NCBI GenBank assembly: GCA_026552955.1
Contig: JAPMTS010000003.1
Location: 207,763 to 231,762, forward strand
DNA length: 24,000 nt
Direction: 5' to 3'
Source: Candidatus Methanoperedens sp.
GTDB taxonomy: Archaea > Halobacteriota > Methanosarcinia > Methanosarcinales > Methanoperedenaceae
Shown here: positions 1 to 9,061 of the stretch, piece by piece
How the letters are laid out: every line of letters starts with the position of its first letter
Numbering within the stretch: position 1 is the first letter of the stretch
The notes under the pieces: generated by a model
The model's input: only the letters and a program-made list of their open reading frames with translations
Database searches by the model: none
What the model was told of the DNA's origin: nothing
Translations under genes and position numbers: made by a program

Positions 1-20
1 AGCTGTTCCTTAAGGATCAT

Positions 21-395
21 GTGAGGAGTATCCTGCATATCCCATTAAATTTCGATAAAGTAATGGAGAAAAACATGGAAAAGATAAAGGTTGCAGATGC
101 ACTTTCACCGGATCAACTTTTACTTTCGGATGAAAACTCATTGTGGGGAGCTGATGTTTTTATTGCTGTAAGCAAGGAAGTACCCGGAGCGCAAATGGAA
201 AAGATATCGGGGACTTTCCAATCTAAAGTTTTTGAAGGGCCATATAAAAATATGGGCAAGTGGGTGAAAGAAATGCAGGCGTATGTCACATCAAAAGGGA
301 AGGAACTTAAAAAGATGTATTTCTTCTATACAACATGTCCGAAATGCGCGCAATATTATGGAAAGAATTATACGGTCATCCTTGCACAGGTTTAG
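21..395 (+). CDS. hypothetical small protein with a C-terminal CPxC motif ('[17 protein letters not shown]')
   Basis: 124-aa ORF from the track with a GTG start at 21. Alternative ATG starts lie at 63 and 75, so the start is uncertain. I do not recognise a family with confidence. It converges on thiC and overlaps it by 4 nt. Confidence 0.5.
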   Translation: MRSILHIPLNFDKVMEKNMEKIKVADALSPDQLLLSDENSLWGADVFIAVSKEVPGAQMEKISGTFQSKVFEGPYKNMGKWVKEMQAYVTSKGKELKKMYFFYTTCPKCAQYYGKNYTVILAQV

Positions 396-1690
396 GGCTC
401 GATTTTTATTTTTGATCCTTTAAGAGGTTTCCCCAAAACATCTCTCATCATCTTGATCGAACATAATTCCCCGCACATGCTACAGGTATCCAGATTCTTG
501 CTCCTTGCATGGATCATTTTTGCCTTATCAGGATCTATCGCCTGTTTGAACTGCTCGTTCCAGTCAAGATCACGCCGGGCCAGCGCCATTTCGCGATCCC
601 TTGAGCGAGCTCGTTCCCTTACTCCTTCTTTTGTAAGGTCGGCAGCATGGGCGGCGATTCTTGTAACGATCGTTCCTTCTTTGATATCATCAACATCTGG
701 AAGGGCAAGATGCTCGGCAGGCGTGGTCATGCACAGGAAATCCGCGCCGTGCATACCTGCGACAGTCCCGCCGATGGCGGCGGTAATGTGGTCATATCCC
801 GGCGCGATATCGGTGACAAGAGGACCAAGAAGATAAATGGGCGCATTTGCTGTCAGGTGCTTCATTGCCGTAACCGAAAGTCCGATCTCATCAACGGGAA
901 CATGCCCCGGACCTTCAACAATGGTCTGGATACCCGCTGCCCGTGCTCTTTTTACAAGCTCTCCCAGGATTATGAATTCCTCGAATTTCGCCCTGTCGGA
1001 AGCATCGTTTATGCAGCCGGGACGCATTCCGTCCCCCAGGCTTATGGTCAAATCATATTCCCTGGCTATCTCAAGCAGGTAATCGTATTCGGAATAAAAA
1101 GGATTTTCCCTGTTATTATGTTCCATCCAGGATATGGTAAAAGCGCCGCCGCGGCTCACTACATCAAGTATCCTGTCACTGTTTTTCAGGCGTTCATAAG
1201 AGGATAATGTCACACCGGCATGGATAGTGACAAAATCGATCCCATCCAAAGCATGTTTCCTTACTGCATTGAACATATCATCGCTGGTCATATTCTCTAT
1301 GCTTTTCCCTGCTGCCTGGTATATCGGGACAGAACCCACAGGGACACTAACAGAATCCAGGATATTCCTGCGTATAAGATCCAGGTCTCCTCCTGTAGAG
1401 AGATCCATTATGGTATCTGCGCCATATTTTTGCGCAGTTAGGGCTTTTTCAAGTTCGGCATCGATATCAACGTTATCCCTGGAGGTCCCAATATTGGCAT
1501 TGATCTTTGTCCGCATCATTTTACCTATGCCAATGGGTGTTGATTTGCTCACCAAATTCCGGGGGATGACAATTAATCCCTGGGTAATGAGTTTTCGCAC
1601 CGTTTGGGCGTCTATCCCTTCTTTTGCGGCCACGCTTTTCATCTCCGGGGTTATTATCCCGGCATGTGCCAATTCCATTACAGTTGTCAT
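392..1690 (-). CDS. thiC: phosphomethylpyrimidine synthase ThiC (radical SAM, thiamine pyrimidine branch)
   Basis: The 432-aa length matches archaeal ThiC. Recognised stretches are 'NANIGTS', '[10 protein letters not shown]', 'VEGPGHVP' and '[15 protein letters not shown]', plus the C-terminal Fe-S motif '[11 protein letters not shown]'. Confidence 0.95.
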   Translation of the reverse strand: MTTVMELAHAGIITPEMKSVAAKEGIDAQTVRKLITQGLIVIPRNLVSKSTPIGIGKMMRTKINANIGTSRDNVDIDAELEKALTAQKYGADTIMDLSTGGDLDLIRRNILDSVSVPVGSVPIYQAAGKSIENMTSDDMFNAVRKHALDGIDFVTIHAGVTLSSYERLKNSDRILDVVSRGGAFTISWMEHNNRENPFYSEYDYLLEIAREYDLTISLGDGMRPGCINDASDRAKFEEFIILGELVKRARAAGIQTIVEGPGHVPVDEIGLSVTAMKHLTANAPIYLLGPLVTDIAPGYDHITAAIGGTVAGMHGADFLCMTTPAEHLALPDVDDIKEGTIVTRIAAHAADLTKEGVRERARSRDREMALARRDLDWNEQFKQAIDPDKAKMIHARSKNLDTCSMCGELCSIKMMRDVLGKPLKGSKIKIEP

Positions 1691-3495
1691 TTCTTCCTCG
1701 ATCCGAACATTTTGCGATAAAGACTGGTTTCGCGTTTTCCTTTTTTTCGTTCTATTTGCTCTTTTATCTCTTCATGCTGGGGTTCAGTTTTTTTTGCTTC
1801 TATGATAGACCTGGCTTTATTAATAATGGCTCCAGGTGTTTCGATAATAGTCCTGGCATTGTCAATTATCTTCTGGGAACCAACAGTCTTTTGATTATCG
1901 ATAGTGTTTTGAGTAACATTAATAGGTTTTGAAACATCAGCTAATTTCGGTTCACTACTCAATTTCGATCTATCATCGATTTCGGTAGGTATGGTTCTTA
2001 TCCTGTGGCTATCTGCCAATGGGTCTTTCACGACAGGTACACTTGCTCCACCGTGCTTACTTTTTCGCGTCCTTATATCCACAAGTATGGGGCGTTCGAT
2101 ATAGGTGCTTACGATCATCGCTACACCCGGTGAAAGACTTTTAATATCATCTTCCACATCAGAGCCTATCCCTTCAAGCCCTTTACTGATGGCTTTTAAG
2201 TCATTGGGATTTGTCACTTTCATTATTATCTGTGTATTGCACTGTGAAAGAATGTTCTTATCAACCCGCGCAGGGCGCTGCGAAACAACCATGAGCCCAA
2301 GACCGAATTTCCTGCCCTCGGACGCGATGGTTCGAAGGATATCCGTGCTTACGGTTCGTTCAAATCCTTTTTCAGGGCAGAAATTATGCGCTTCTTCGAT
2401 GACAAGCATGCACGGAGGGACAGTATTGAGTTTTCTGGCATCGAAAATATCGGTGCATAATTTTGCCACGATCATGGCCTGAAGGTCGGGATTAACACCT
2501 TTCATATCGATTATCGATGCCCTTCCCTCCTGCACAAGCTCACTGATGGTAGTTGATTTATCCGAAAGAATCCCCGTTTCCCTGAGCGTTTCAAGCTTGT
2601 TGATCACATTCCATTTGGCTTTGCTTTTATTCTGTCCCACTTCAAGAATTATATCCTCAATGGTATAGTTCTGTTTTTCGATCTTGAGTTTTGAGACAGC
2701 CTCGAACAATATACCTGTCTCGTTCTGCGACCGTTCATCAGAGAAAAATTGCGATAATTCCTTTATGCTGAGATTAATCCCATTTAACCTGAAAAGAAAA
2801 TCAGCTCCTGGGTTAAGGACTTTATTAGCAGGTGTATAAACGGTTACCTGCGAGGCATATCCTTTTGGTGTTATCCCGTATCTTTCAAACGTTGAAGGCT
2901 TATCTTCATTGGGAAGTTTCAATGTTGCATATTCCCCGTGGGGATCAATGATCAAAAGCGGAACCCCCTTATCAAGAAGCTCCTCAAGAATCACGCCTCC
3001 CGTATATGATTTACCAGCTCCGGTTTTTGCAAGGATGCTGCAGTGTTTTTGTACAAGGTTATTTGCATCAAGATTTACTTTTACGCTTTGCCCGTCAAGA
3101 AGCCCGATATAGACATCCCCCCGCATAAGACCCAGGGTCTGTTTTATCAGGACATCATCAGCCTTGAATATCTTATCCCCGGGGCTAAAGGGTGATTTGG
3201 GAACGCGAAGCACCCCGTCTGTGCCCCGCACGCCTATCACTATTGCATCAGCGATAATATGTTCATCCATCTCGCCTATTTTTGAGGAACCCTCAGCAGC
3301 GTTTACGGCTTCATCTACAGAGAAATCTTCGCTTGAACTTGTGATCGTTGATACCTGGGCAAGTGCCCAGCCGTCCGATTCATGCCAGACCTTGATATAG
3401 TCCGATCTCCTTGTGGCCAGGCTGTCAGAAACAGCAAACCTGAAACTTGTTGAACTTGTCTTTCCGAATATTACACCGATTGAGTCCTTCGCCAT
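1687..3495 (-). CDS. HerA/DUF87-like P-loop ATPase with a repeat-containing C-terminal tail
   Basis: 602 aa with an N-terminal barrel-like region. Walker A is '[12 protein letters not shown]' and Walker B is '[10 protein letters not shown]'. The core ends at the family-typical 'RKSKHGG' and is followed by an extra low-complexity tail of about 120 aa. Its stop overlaps the thiC start (ATGA at 1687-1690). Confidence 0.85.
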   Translation of the reverse strand: MAKDSIGVIFGKTSSTSFRFAVSDSLATRRSDYIKVWHESDGWALAQVSTITSSSEDFSVDEAVNAAEGSSKIGEMDEHIIADAIVIGVRGTDGVLRVPKSPFSPGDKIFKADDVLIKQTLGLMRGDVYIGLLDGQSVKVNLDANNLVQKHCSILAKTGAGKSYTGGVILEELLDKGVPLLIIDPHGEYATLKLPNEDKPSTFERYGITPKGYASQVTVYTPANKVLNPGADFLFRLNGINLSIKELSQFFSDERSQNETGILFEAVSKLKIEKQNYTIEDIILEVGQNKSKAKWNVINKLETLRETGILSDKSTTISELVQEGRASIIDMKGVNPDLQAMIVAKLCTDIFDARKLNTVPPCMLVIEEAHNFCPEKGFERTVSTDILRTIASEGRKFGLGLMVVSQRPARVDKNILSQCNTQIIMKVTNPNDLKAISKGLEGIGSDVEDDIKSLSPGVAMIVSTYIERPILVDIRTRKSKHGGASVPVVKDPLADSHRIRTIPTEIDDRSKLSSEPKLADVSKPINVTQNTIDNQKTVGSQKIIDNARTIIETPGAIINKARSIIEAKKTEPQHEEIKEQIERKKGKRETSLYRKMFGSRKK

Positions 3496-3533
3496 TGTGT
3501 GTCAGGATTATTCCAGGAGAGTATTATACTTTA

Positions 3534-5042
3534 TCACAAAAACTTTATTCCTTCCGGCATCTTTCCCACTTTTTCCCTGAACGAATCCGGCCAATCTTTG
3601 GGATTATACCCTTTCTGGGCAAAGAAAGTACTTGCCCATCTCTCAAGCCCTATACCGGAGCAGCCGCTCCAGACATCTTTTCCGGACTGCAATTTCACAT
3701 TAAAGCCCTTTGGATATTTGTCGCCGTTGACGCTCAGGTTCTGGAACTCAAGACATTCCCCGTCCTTACCCCTATAGGGAAGTGGCGCCTCAAAATCTAT
3801 TGTTCCCACACCTGTTTGTCCGGCAAGGCCGGTAAGCCCTTCCTGTGCCATGAACCAGGGTGTTACCCATGCCATTCTCCATTCAAGGTCAAGGATATCA
3901 TTAAAAACATGCTTGTAGCATTCCTGCATCTTCTTTGAATGGTCAAGTACCTGTTCGGGCGTGCCGATGAAAAGAAGTTCTATCCTGTGGAATTCATCCA
4001 CTCTTTCCATCCCGTGTATTCCCCCGCTTTCGTACCTGTGTGACGTGCCTGAGCGGTCAAATACCTTTACAGGGAAAGATTCATCCGATACTGTTTTTCC
4101 CTGCATGAAGGGCCAGAATGAAGGGCACTGGGCATAACACATGCCGCCAAGCGGTTTATCGATCTTTTCCGCAATGAGGTCAATGGGGACTTCAAGCGTG
4201 ACCTTGTAATTATCGATTACTTCTTCCCAGAATGCCGGGTCTCTCGTTTTGGGAGGACAAACATAGTATATTTCAGGATATACCCCTTTTGCATGTCCGG
4301 AATGTTTCCATACATCCCAGGGAACAAGCTTCGGGAAGATCATTTCATCATAACCGAGTGGTTTAATGACCTCTTCCATGACGATCTGTTCAAATGTCCG
4401 GAATATCCGTGTCATCTGGGGGCCGTGTATCCACTGCCCTCGGCCTGCAGCGCGCTTTATCCACCCCAGCTTTTCAGCTTCCACCGTGGGATCGCTTTTG
4501 AATTTCATCTCTTTTTTTGGACTTTCCCAGAGTAAGCTCCAGTGTTCTGTTTTGCCGCCAAAGCTTTGCGCTGCGATTTTATCTTCAATGAGTGAGATTA
4601 TCCTGTCAGGTATCTTATTTTCAAGCTGTGTTTCACCCACTTCAAGTGAAAGAGTGATCATTCCTTCTTCAAATGCTACCGACTTCACAAAAGGAATTTT
4701 TTGCTGGTGAAGCGCATGTTCAGATGGGAATTTCACAATGAACTCTTCAACTTCAACACCTCGTATGCCTATCTTATAAGCCTTGCCAATGACTCCTGCA
4801 AGTGGTTTCCTGAGCCTTATGAACGCATCGTGCGCGCGCAGATACCGGTCTGATTCAATATCAAGGTATATGCTGTTCGGTCGTACTTCCCAGTTAATGA
4901 TCTTTGAGCCCCTGCCAGCCGATACACCCTTCTGGAGAATAGTCGCTTTTGATTCTTCGATGAATTTTTCAATTTCTGCTCGTGCTTTTGTGGCATCTGC
5001 GCTTGTTTTGTAGCTGCCTTTTAAGTGAAAGTAAGGTTCCAT
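3534..5042 (-). CDS. serS: type-2 (methanogen-type) seryl-tRNA synthetase
   Basis: The 502-aa length and N-terminal pattern ('LKGSYKTS...[20 protein letters not shown]') match the rare methanogen-type SerRS. A class II core is present ('[17 protein letters not shown]', '[14 protein letters not shown]', '[14 protein letters not shown]'). Confidence 0.9.
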   Translation of the reverse strand: MEPYFHLKGSYKTSADATKARAEIEKFIEESKATILQKGVSAGRGSKIINWEVRPNSIYLDIESDRYLRAHDAFIRLRKPLAGVIGKAYKIGIRGVEVEEFIVKFPSEHALHQQKIPFVKSVAFEEGMITLSLEVGETQLENKIPDRIISLIEDKIAAQSFGGKTEHWSLLWESPKKEMKFKSDPTVEAEKLGWIKRAAGRGQWIHGPQMTRIFRTFEQIVMEEVIKPLGYDEMIFPKLVPWDVWKHSGHAKGVYPEIYYVCPPKTRDPAFWEEVIDNYKVTLEVPIDLIAEKIDKPLGGMCYAQCPSFWPFMQGKTVSDESFPVKVFDRSGTSHRYESGGIHGMERVDEFHRIELLFIGTPEQVLDHSKKMQECYKHVFNDILDLEWRMAWVTPWFMAQEGLTGLAGQTGVGTIDFEAPLPYRGKDGECLEFQNLSVNGDKYPKGFNVKLQSGKDVWSGCSGIGLERWASTFFAQKGYNPKDWPDSFREKVGKMPEGIKFL

Positions 5043-5316
5043 GGTTTATTCCCGTAAAATATTTATTGGAAGATATTGGTTTCTATTTGTCGATTCTATA
5101 AGGATTTGATACTTATTTATACTTTCGATAAATCTGGAATTTCATGGTTTTTTAGATTCCGGTTCGCTCCTCGGTAGGGTGCAGACACTTTTGCAGGCAT
5201 ACATGGATTCCCAAAGGGTAATCGGGACGCGAACGTAAGATCAAATGCTTCGTTTCAAGAAAATGTTAAGGTCAATATTCTTCTAAAACTTAAAATGCCA
5301 GAACAATTTCAAAAAC

Positions 5317-5324
5317 CTTATAAA
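5317..5324 (+). promoter_or_regulatory. candidate archaeal TATA box for mtd
   Basis: 'CTTATAAA' is preceded by an A-rich BRE-like run and lies about 32-39 nt upstream of the mtd ATG at 5356. An SD-like 'GGTGTGATC' sits at 5343-5351. Motif and position are the only support. Confidence 0.3.
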
Positions 5325-5355
5325 CGAACCCAGCGAAATTCCGGTGTGATCAAAT

Positions 5356-6183
5356 ATGGTCGTTAAAGTAGGCTTTATTAAACTTGGAAATCTTGGAACC
5401 TCACAGGTAATAGATTTATTACTTGATGAGATAGCAGCGAGAGAGGGAATAGCAGTCCGTGTATTCGGAACAGGGGCAAAGATGGGTAAGGATGAGGCGG
5501 CAGAAACGGCATCCTTCAAGAATTGGGGGGCGGACTTTGTTGTGTTGATAAGCCCTAATTCAAATGCACCAGGCCCGACGGCAGCACGCGACATCTGGAA
5601 AGATATCCCAACGATAGTAGTATCCGACGGCCCCACAAAGAAAGAGGACCGGGATAAATTGGAACAGGCAGGCTTTGGTTATATGATTCTTCCCGTTGAC
5701 CCATTGATCGGCGCAAAAAGGGAATTCCTTGACTGCGTTGAGATGTCAACATTCAATACGGATGCATTAAAGGTATTGTCCATTTGCGGAGCGATAAGGC
5801 TTGTCCAGACAGAGATAGATAAGGTTATTGACCAGGTAGCAGCAGGTACAAAACCACCTGTCCTCCCGAAGATACTTGCAAAACCTGATAAGTGTGTGGA
5901 AAGCGCAGGATTCAGTAATCCTTACGCAAAGGCAAAAGCCCTTGCAGCATTGCACATAGCCACCAAGGTCGCAGAGATCGACTTCCCGGCATGCTTTGTA
6001 TTAAAAGAGGTTGACCAGATCGCAACAGCAGCAGCAGCAGGTCATGAAGCTATGCGCGCCGCGGCATTACTTGCCGATGAAGCTCGAGAAATGGAGAAAG
6101 CAAATGATTCCGTCCTCAGGAAGCCACATGCAAAGGATGGAAGATTGTTGAATAAGACTAAACTCCTGGAGAAACCACAGTAA
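5356..6183 (+). CDS. mtd: F420-dependent methylenetetrahydromethanopterin dehydrogenase
   Basis: 275 aa. The N-terminus 'MVVKVGFIKLGNLGTSQVIDLLLDE' and the overall length and pattern are characteristic of Mtd in methanogens. Confidence 0.92.
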   Translation: MVVKVGFIKLGNLGTSQVIDLLLDEIAAREGIAVRVFGTGAKMGKDEAAETASFKNWGADFVVLISPNSNAPGPTAARDIWKDIPTIVVSDGPTKKEDRDKLEQAGFGYMILPVDPLIGAKREFLDCVEMSTFNTDALKVLSICGAIRLVQTEIDKVIDQVAAGTKPPVLPKILAKPDKCVESAGFSNPYAKAKALAALHIATKVAEIDFPACFVLKEVDQIATAAAAGHEAMRAAALLADEAREMEKANDSVLRKPHAKDGRLLNKTKLLEKPQ

Positions 6184-6197
6184 AGTGAATCCTTCAA

Positions 6198-6267
6198 GGA
6201 AGCTTTTTATCGTCAAGAACATAATATATTTTGAAATTGACGATAGCTTCCTGTTCTTCTTTTTTTA
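6198..6267 (+). terminator. hairpin plus T-run downstream of mtd
   Basis: The left arm GGAAGCT(tttt)ATCGTCAA (6198-6216) pairs with TTGACGATAGCTTCC (6237-6251). That gives 15 bp with a 4-nt bulge, followed by 'TGTTCTTCTTTTTTT'. It starts 15 nt after the mtd stop. Confidence 0.45.
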
Positions 6268-6303
6268 TAAGTTTAGCGGTGAAATATAAATCCCCGATAA
6301 GGA

Positions 6304-6603
6304 TTAACTACTATCCTCATGGGCGCTTTTCAAATAAAAGTATACGGCTTTTGAAATCGCTTCCCTTACATGGGCTTCTCTTGTTTTCACTTTCAGTGCA
6401 ACAATATCATCCTGTGGAAAAATGGATTGAACATGAACTAGGTTCTTCTGCTCTTTTTGTTCATCTTTTAAATTACCACTTGATTCTTTAGCAGTATTTT
6501 TCAAGAAAATTCCATTTTTTCGCATCTCTTTTTCTGTCTTTCGCTTTCTTTTCTCACGTTCTTCGATCATCTTTATTGCTGTTATAAGCTTCATATTTTT
6601 CAA
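6304..6603 (-). CDS. small ribbon-helix-helix-like protein with a Lys/Glu-rich N-terminal extension
   Basis: 99-aa ORF. The C-terminal 45 aa ('HVQSIFPQDDIVALKVKTREAHVREAISKAVYFYLK') show a strand-helix-helix pattern. This region is clearly paralogous to ORF 8745-8951. The true start is uncertain. Confidence 0.55.
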   Translation of the reverse strand: MKNMKLITAIKMIEEREKRKRKTEKEMRKNGIFLKNTAKESSGNLKDEQKEQKNLVHVQSIFPQDDIVALKVKTREAHVREAISKAVYFYLKSAHEDSS

Positions 6604-6750
6604 CCCAGATGGTTTATATCATTATGATTAGTATTATAATGTACTAACGTAAAAAGATTTCCCTCAATTCTCAGGCCAAAAGGAAAATTATACCATAAAT
6701 CTGCCACATTTAGGTAACATGATCAATTAATCACTCGAAGCATATCGAAA

Positions 6751-6818
6751 ATCAACCACAGAGTTCACAGAGAAAAAAAACACTACCCTCTGTAAACTCT
6801 GTGGTCTTGGTAGTTGAT
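6751..6818. repeat. imperfect palindrome built from CACAGAG heptamers
   Basis: CCACAGAGTTCACAGAG (6756-6772) and CTCTGTAAACTCTGTGG (6788-6804) are reverse complements with 1 mismatch, separated by a 15-nt loop that contains A8. The outer ATCAAC (6751-6756) pairs with GTTGAT (6813-6818) across a bulge. Confidence 0.6.
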
Positions 6819-6930
6819 TCATATACCAGAAAATGATTGTCGGGAATAATTATAGATGTCAGGAATGGCCACACATAGTACAGGTTAAAATAAGAGAGAT
6901 GCTATTAAACCCACCCCATCCTTGAACAAT

Positions 6931-7239
6931 TTATATCTTGATTTGTTCTGGTAAAAATCCTTTCTTAATAAGAACTTCCTTCATTCTACTTTTATGATTT
7001 CCCTGAAGTTCTATGACATTATCTTTTATAGTACCACCGCATGCGAATTTTGATTTTAGGTATGATGTTAATTCCTGTAAATTTATCTCGTTTGGATTAA
7101 GACCATCGATCACTGTTACTTCTTTCTTATATTTGCGTGTATCTATTTTTACTACTATTCTCTGTTGTTCTTTTGCTACTTCTTCACATATGCAAAGCTC
7201 TTTTGGCAAACCGCATACAGCACACATTTCTGAACTCAT
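6931..7239 (-). CDS. translation initiation factor SUI1 (aSUI1/eIF1 homologue)
   Basis: 102 aa. It has the archaeal SUI1 N-terminal zinc-knuckle pattern '[15 protein letters not shown]' and 'KFACGGT...IELQGNH'. Confidence 0.9.
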   Translation of the reverse strand: MSSEMCAVCGLPKELCICEEVAKEQQRIVVKIDTRKYKKEVTVIDGLNPNEINLQELTSYLKSKFACGGTIKDNVIELQGNHKSRMKEVLIKKGFLPEQIKI

Positions 7240-7295
7240 TTATTGGGTTAATACCTCCATTCTTATATTACACAAGATTGTTATATAGCTACTTG

Positions 7296-7652
7296 ATGCT
7301 TCCCGTATTAAAATATAATGGTATATTGATAGCGAAAAACATTGAGTTTGCACGAACAATGCTGGCACAGTCACTGGGTTTGATGTTCAGGAAAAGTATG
7401 CCCCACAGTTATTCGATGATATTTACTTTGAAAAAACCTTCCCAGGTCAATGTTCACATGCTTTTTGTATTTTTTCCAATCGATGTAATATTCCTGGACA
7501 AAGAAAAAAAAATAATGGGTTTTTCCCAATTAAAACCCTGGGTTGGATATAAAGGGATGGAGAACATCAAGTACATCCTTGAAATGAAAGCGGGAACTAT
7601 CAATATGTTTGACCTTAAGATCGGGGGGCAAATTGAATTCGATGAAAGCTAA
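7296..7652 (+). CDS. DUF192 domain protein
   Basis: The track ORF starts at 7137 but its first 53 aa overlap SUI1 in antisense, so I chose the ATG at 7296. 'ARTMLAQSLGLMFRK...', 'PIDVIFLDKEKKI' and 'YILEMKAG' resemble the DUF192 fold family. Confidence 0.7.
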   Translation: MLPVLKYNGILIAKNIEFARTMLAQSLGLMFRKSMPHSYSMIFTLKKPSQVNVHMLFVFFPIDVIFLDKEKKIMGFSQLKPWVGYKGMENIKYILEMKAGTINMFDLKIGGQIEFDES

Positions 7653-7670
7653 AATAAACAGAACATTAAT

Positions 7671-8735
7671 ATGAAATTTATGACACTTAAAGGAAAATTA
7701 AAAATTGATTCGGTATTACTTGAAAAACAGGCAATTGAGGAATTGCATGATAAGAGTTATTACGGCCGCATAAAAGGGGACACTCTTGAAATCTCCCTCC
7801 CGGAAAGTGCCTTTCTTATTTATATGGGAAAAATAAGAGTTGAATTTGAAGAAAAAGAAATTGGTTTTGAAGACTTCTTCCTTATGGCTTCATCCCTATT
7901 AAAAAATTTTGAGTTATTATATATAGTATATAAAGACCTAAGAGAACGTGGATATTATGTCCAGCCAGGGGTTACTGGATTTCGAGTTTATCCCAGGGGC
8001 GGACATCCCGGGAAAACGCCTGCTGAATTTTTTGTTTTTGTTACATCAGAACGGATACCTCTATTGCTTTCTCAATTGAGACTGCACCTTGAAACTGTCG
8101 GGAACCTCAAAAAACGTTTAGTTGTTGCTATAGTTGACGAAGAAAGTGATATTACCTATTATGAAGTGAAAAAAACCTCTCCATCAGGTACTTACGTATC
8201 AGGATTAAGAAAAGGATTGTCAAAGGCAAGTCTTCTCGAAGACAGGGTCATGGTTTGGGACTATGATGCCTCTTTAGCACTCCAGAAAGACGGATTTTTT
8301 GGCAAACCAATGGATGAAGGACATTTGCAATTATCTCTTATAGAAGCATGCTATCTTTTGAAAAAAGACATACTGGAAATTGAAGACAGAAACCATATGG
8401 TGCTGGATTTTAAAATGTTTGCAGAAACTGCCTCCCGTATAGAATCTGATTTCATGATAAAATATGCTGTTTATGAAAAATTGAGAAATGAAGGGCTTGC
8501 CCCAAAGACCGGATTCAAATTCGGGACGCATTTCAGGGTATATAAAAAAATAGATGATATGAAAAAATTGCCGCACTCCGATTATCTTGTTCATGCGGTC
8601 GAACAGGGCCATATCTTTTCCCTGCAGCAGCTTTCACGCGCCGTCAGACTTGCAAACAGCGTCAGAAAAGAAATGATATATGGTACAGCCGATTCGCAGG
8701 TTGATTTCCTTATAATAGGACGAATGCGACTGTAG
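7671..8735 (+). CDS. endA: tRNA-splicing endonuclease, two-repeat (homodimeric) form
   Basis: 354 aa with two tandem EndA-like units ('YIVYKDLRERGYYVQPG..GFRVYPRG' and 'YAVYEKLRNEGLAPKTGFKFGTHFRVYKK'). The second unit carries the catalytic region 'HSDYLVHAV'. Confidence 0.88.
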   Translation: MKFMTLKGKLKIDSVLLEKQAIEELHDKSYYGRIKGDTLEISLPESAFLIYMGKIRVEFEEKEIGFEDFFLMASSLLKNFELLYIVYKDLRERGYYVQPGVTGFRVYPRGGHPGKTPAEFFVFVTSERIPLLLSQLRLHLETVGNLKKRLVVAIVDEESDITYYEVKKTSPSGTYVSGLRKGLSKASLLEDRVMVWDYDASLALQKDGFFGKPMDEGHLQLSLIEACYLLKKDILEIEDRNHMVLDFKMFAETASRIESDFMIKYAVYEKLRNEGLAPKTGFKFGTHFRVYKKIDDMKKLPHSDYLVHAVEQGHIFSLQQLSRAVRLANSVRKEMIYGTADSQVDFLIIGRMRL

Positions 8736-8744
8736 CCAGAAAAT

Positions 8745-8951
8745 CTATTCTTCCTCTTCCTTCTGTTTTCTTTTAACGACTTTCTCGAGTTTCTTAGCCC
8801 ACATATCTTCTACTTTTGTATATTCACACTCAAGGTAATGAGAGACTGCTTTTGCGATTGCATCTTTTGTGCTTGTTTCTCCCGTTTTTTGCTTAAGGGC
8901 TTCAATATCTTCTTCTGTAAGAACTGTTTGTGCGTGCATTATTTTTGCCAT
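8745..8951 (-). CDS. small ribbon-helix-helix-like protein with a Lys/Glu-rich C-terminal tail
   Basis: 68 aa. 'HAQTVLTEEDIEALKQKTGETSTKDAIAKAVSHYLE' aligns with the C-terminal part of ORF 6304-6603, at about 17 identities over about 37 positions by eye. Confidence 0.6.
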   Translation of the reverse strand: MAKIMHAQTVLTEEDIEALKQKTGETSTKDAIAKAVSHYLECEYTKVEDMWAKKLEKVVKRKQKEEEE

Positions 8952-9061
8952 TTTATTTCTCCTTGAAGAAAAAGCAATACCACAACATATACGGCATCCT
9001 TTTCATTAATACCTCATCATCATAGGAAAGTATTTAAACATTACTGAAAAAAAAGAAAATA

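Noticed and set aside
453-1932. Several plus-strand ORFs of 73-192 aa overlapping thiC and the HerA-like gene.
   Set aside because: All lie antisense to genes with strong family signatures. Their translations are compositionally odd (Arg/Ser/Cys-rich or Phe/Leu-rich), so they are shadow ORFs.
5159-5236. A GC-rich patch of about 75 nt in the serS-mtd divergent spacer, with terminal GTTCGC/GCGAAC complementarity and a tRNA-like size.
   Set aside because: I could not fit a cloverleaf on either strand: there is no D-stem pairing and no GTTCRA T-loop. No C/D box motifs are present. It may be leader or promoter sequence, and there is not enough evidence to call an RNA gene.
6231-6491. An 86-aa plus-strand ORF downstream of mtd.
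   Set aside because: It overlaps the terminator hairpin and is antisense to the RHH-like ORF, which has a paralogue in the window. It has no motifs.
7504-7512. An A9 homopolymer inside the DUF192 coding sequence, considered as a possible slippage or phase-variation site.
   Set aside because: It encodes an in-frame Lys/Glu stretch ('DKEKKI') in an AT-rich genome. There is no evidence of frameshifting or alternative frames.
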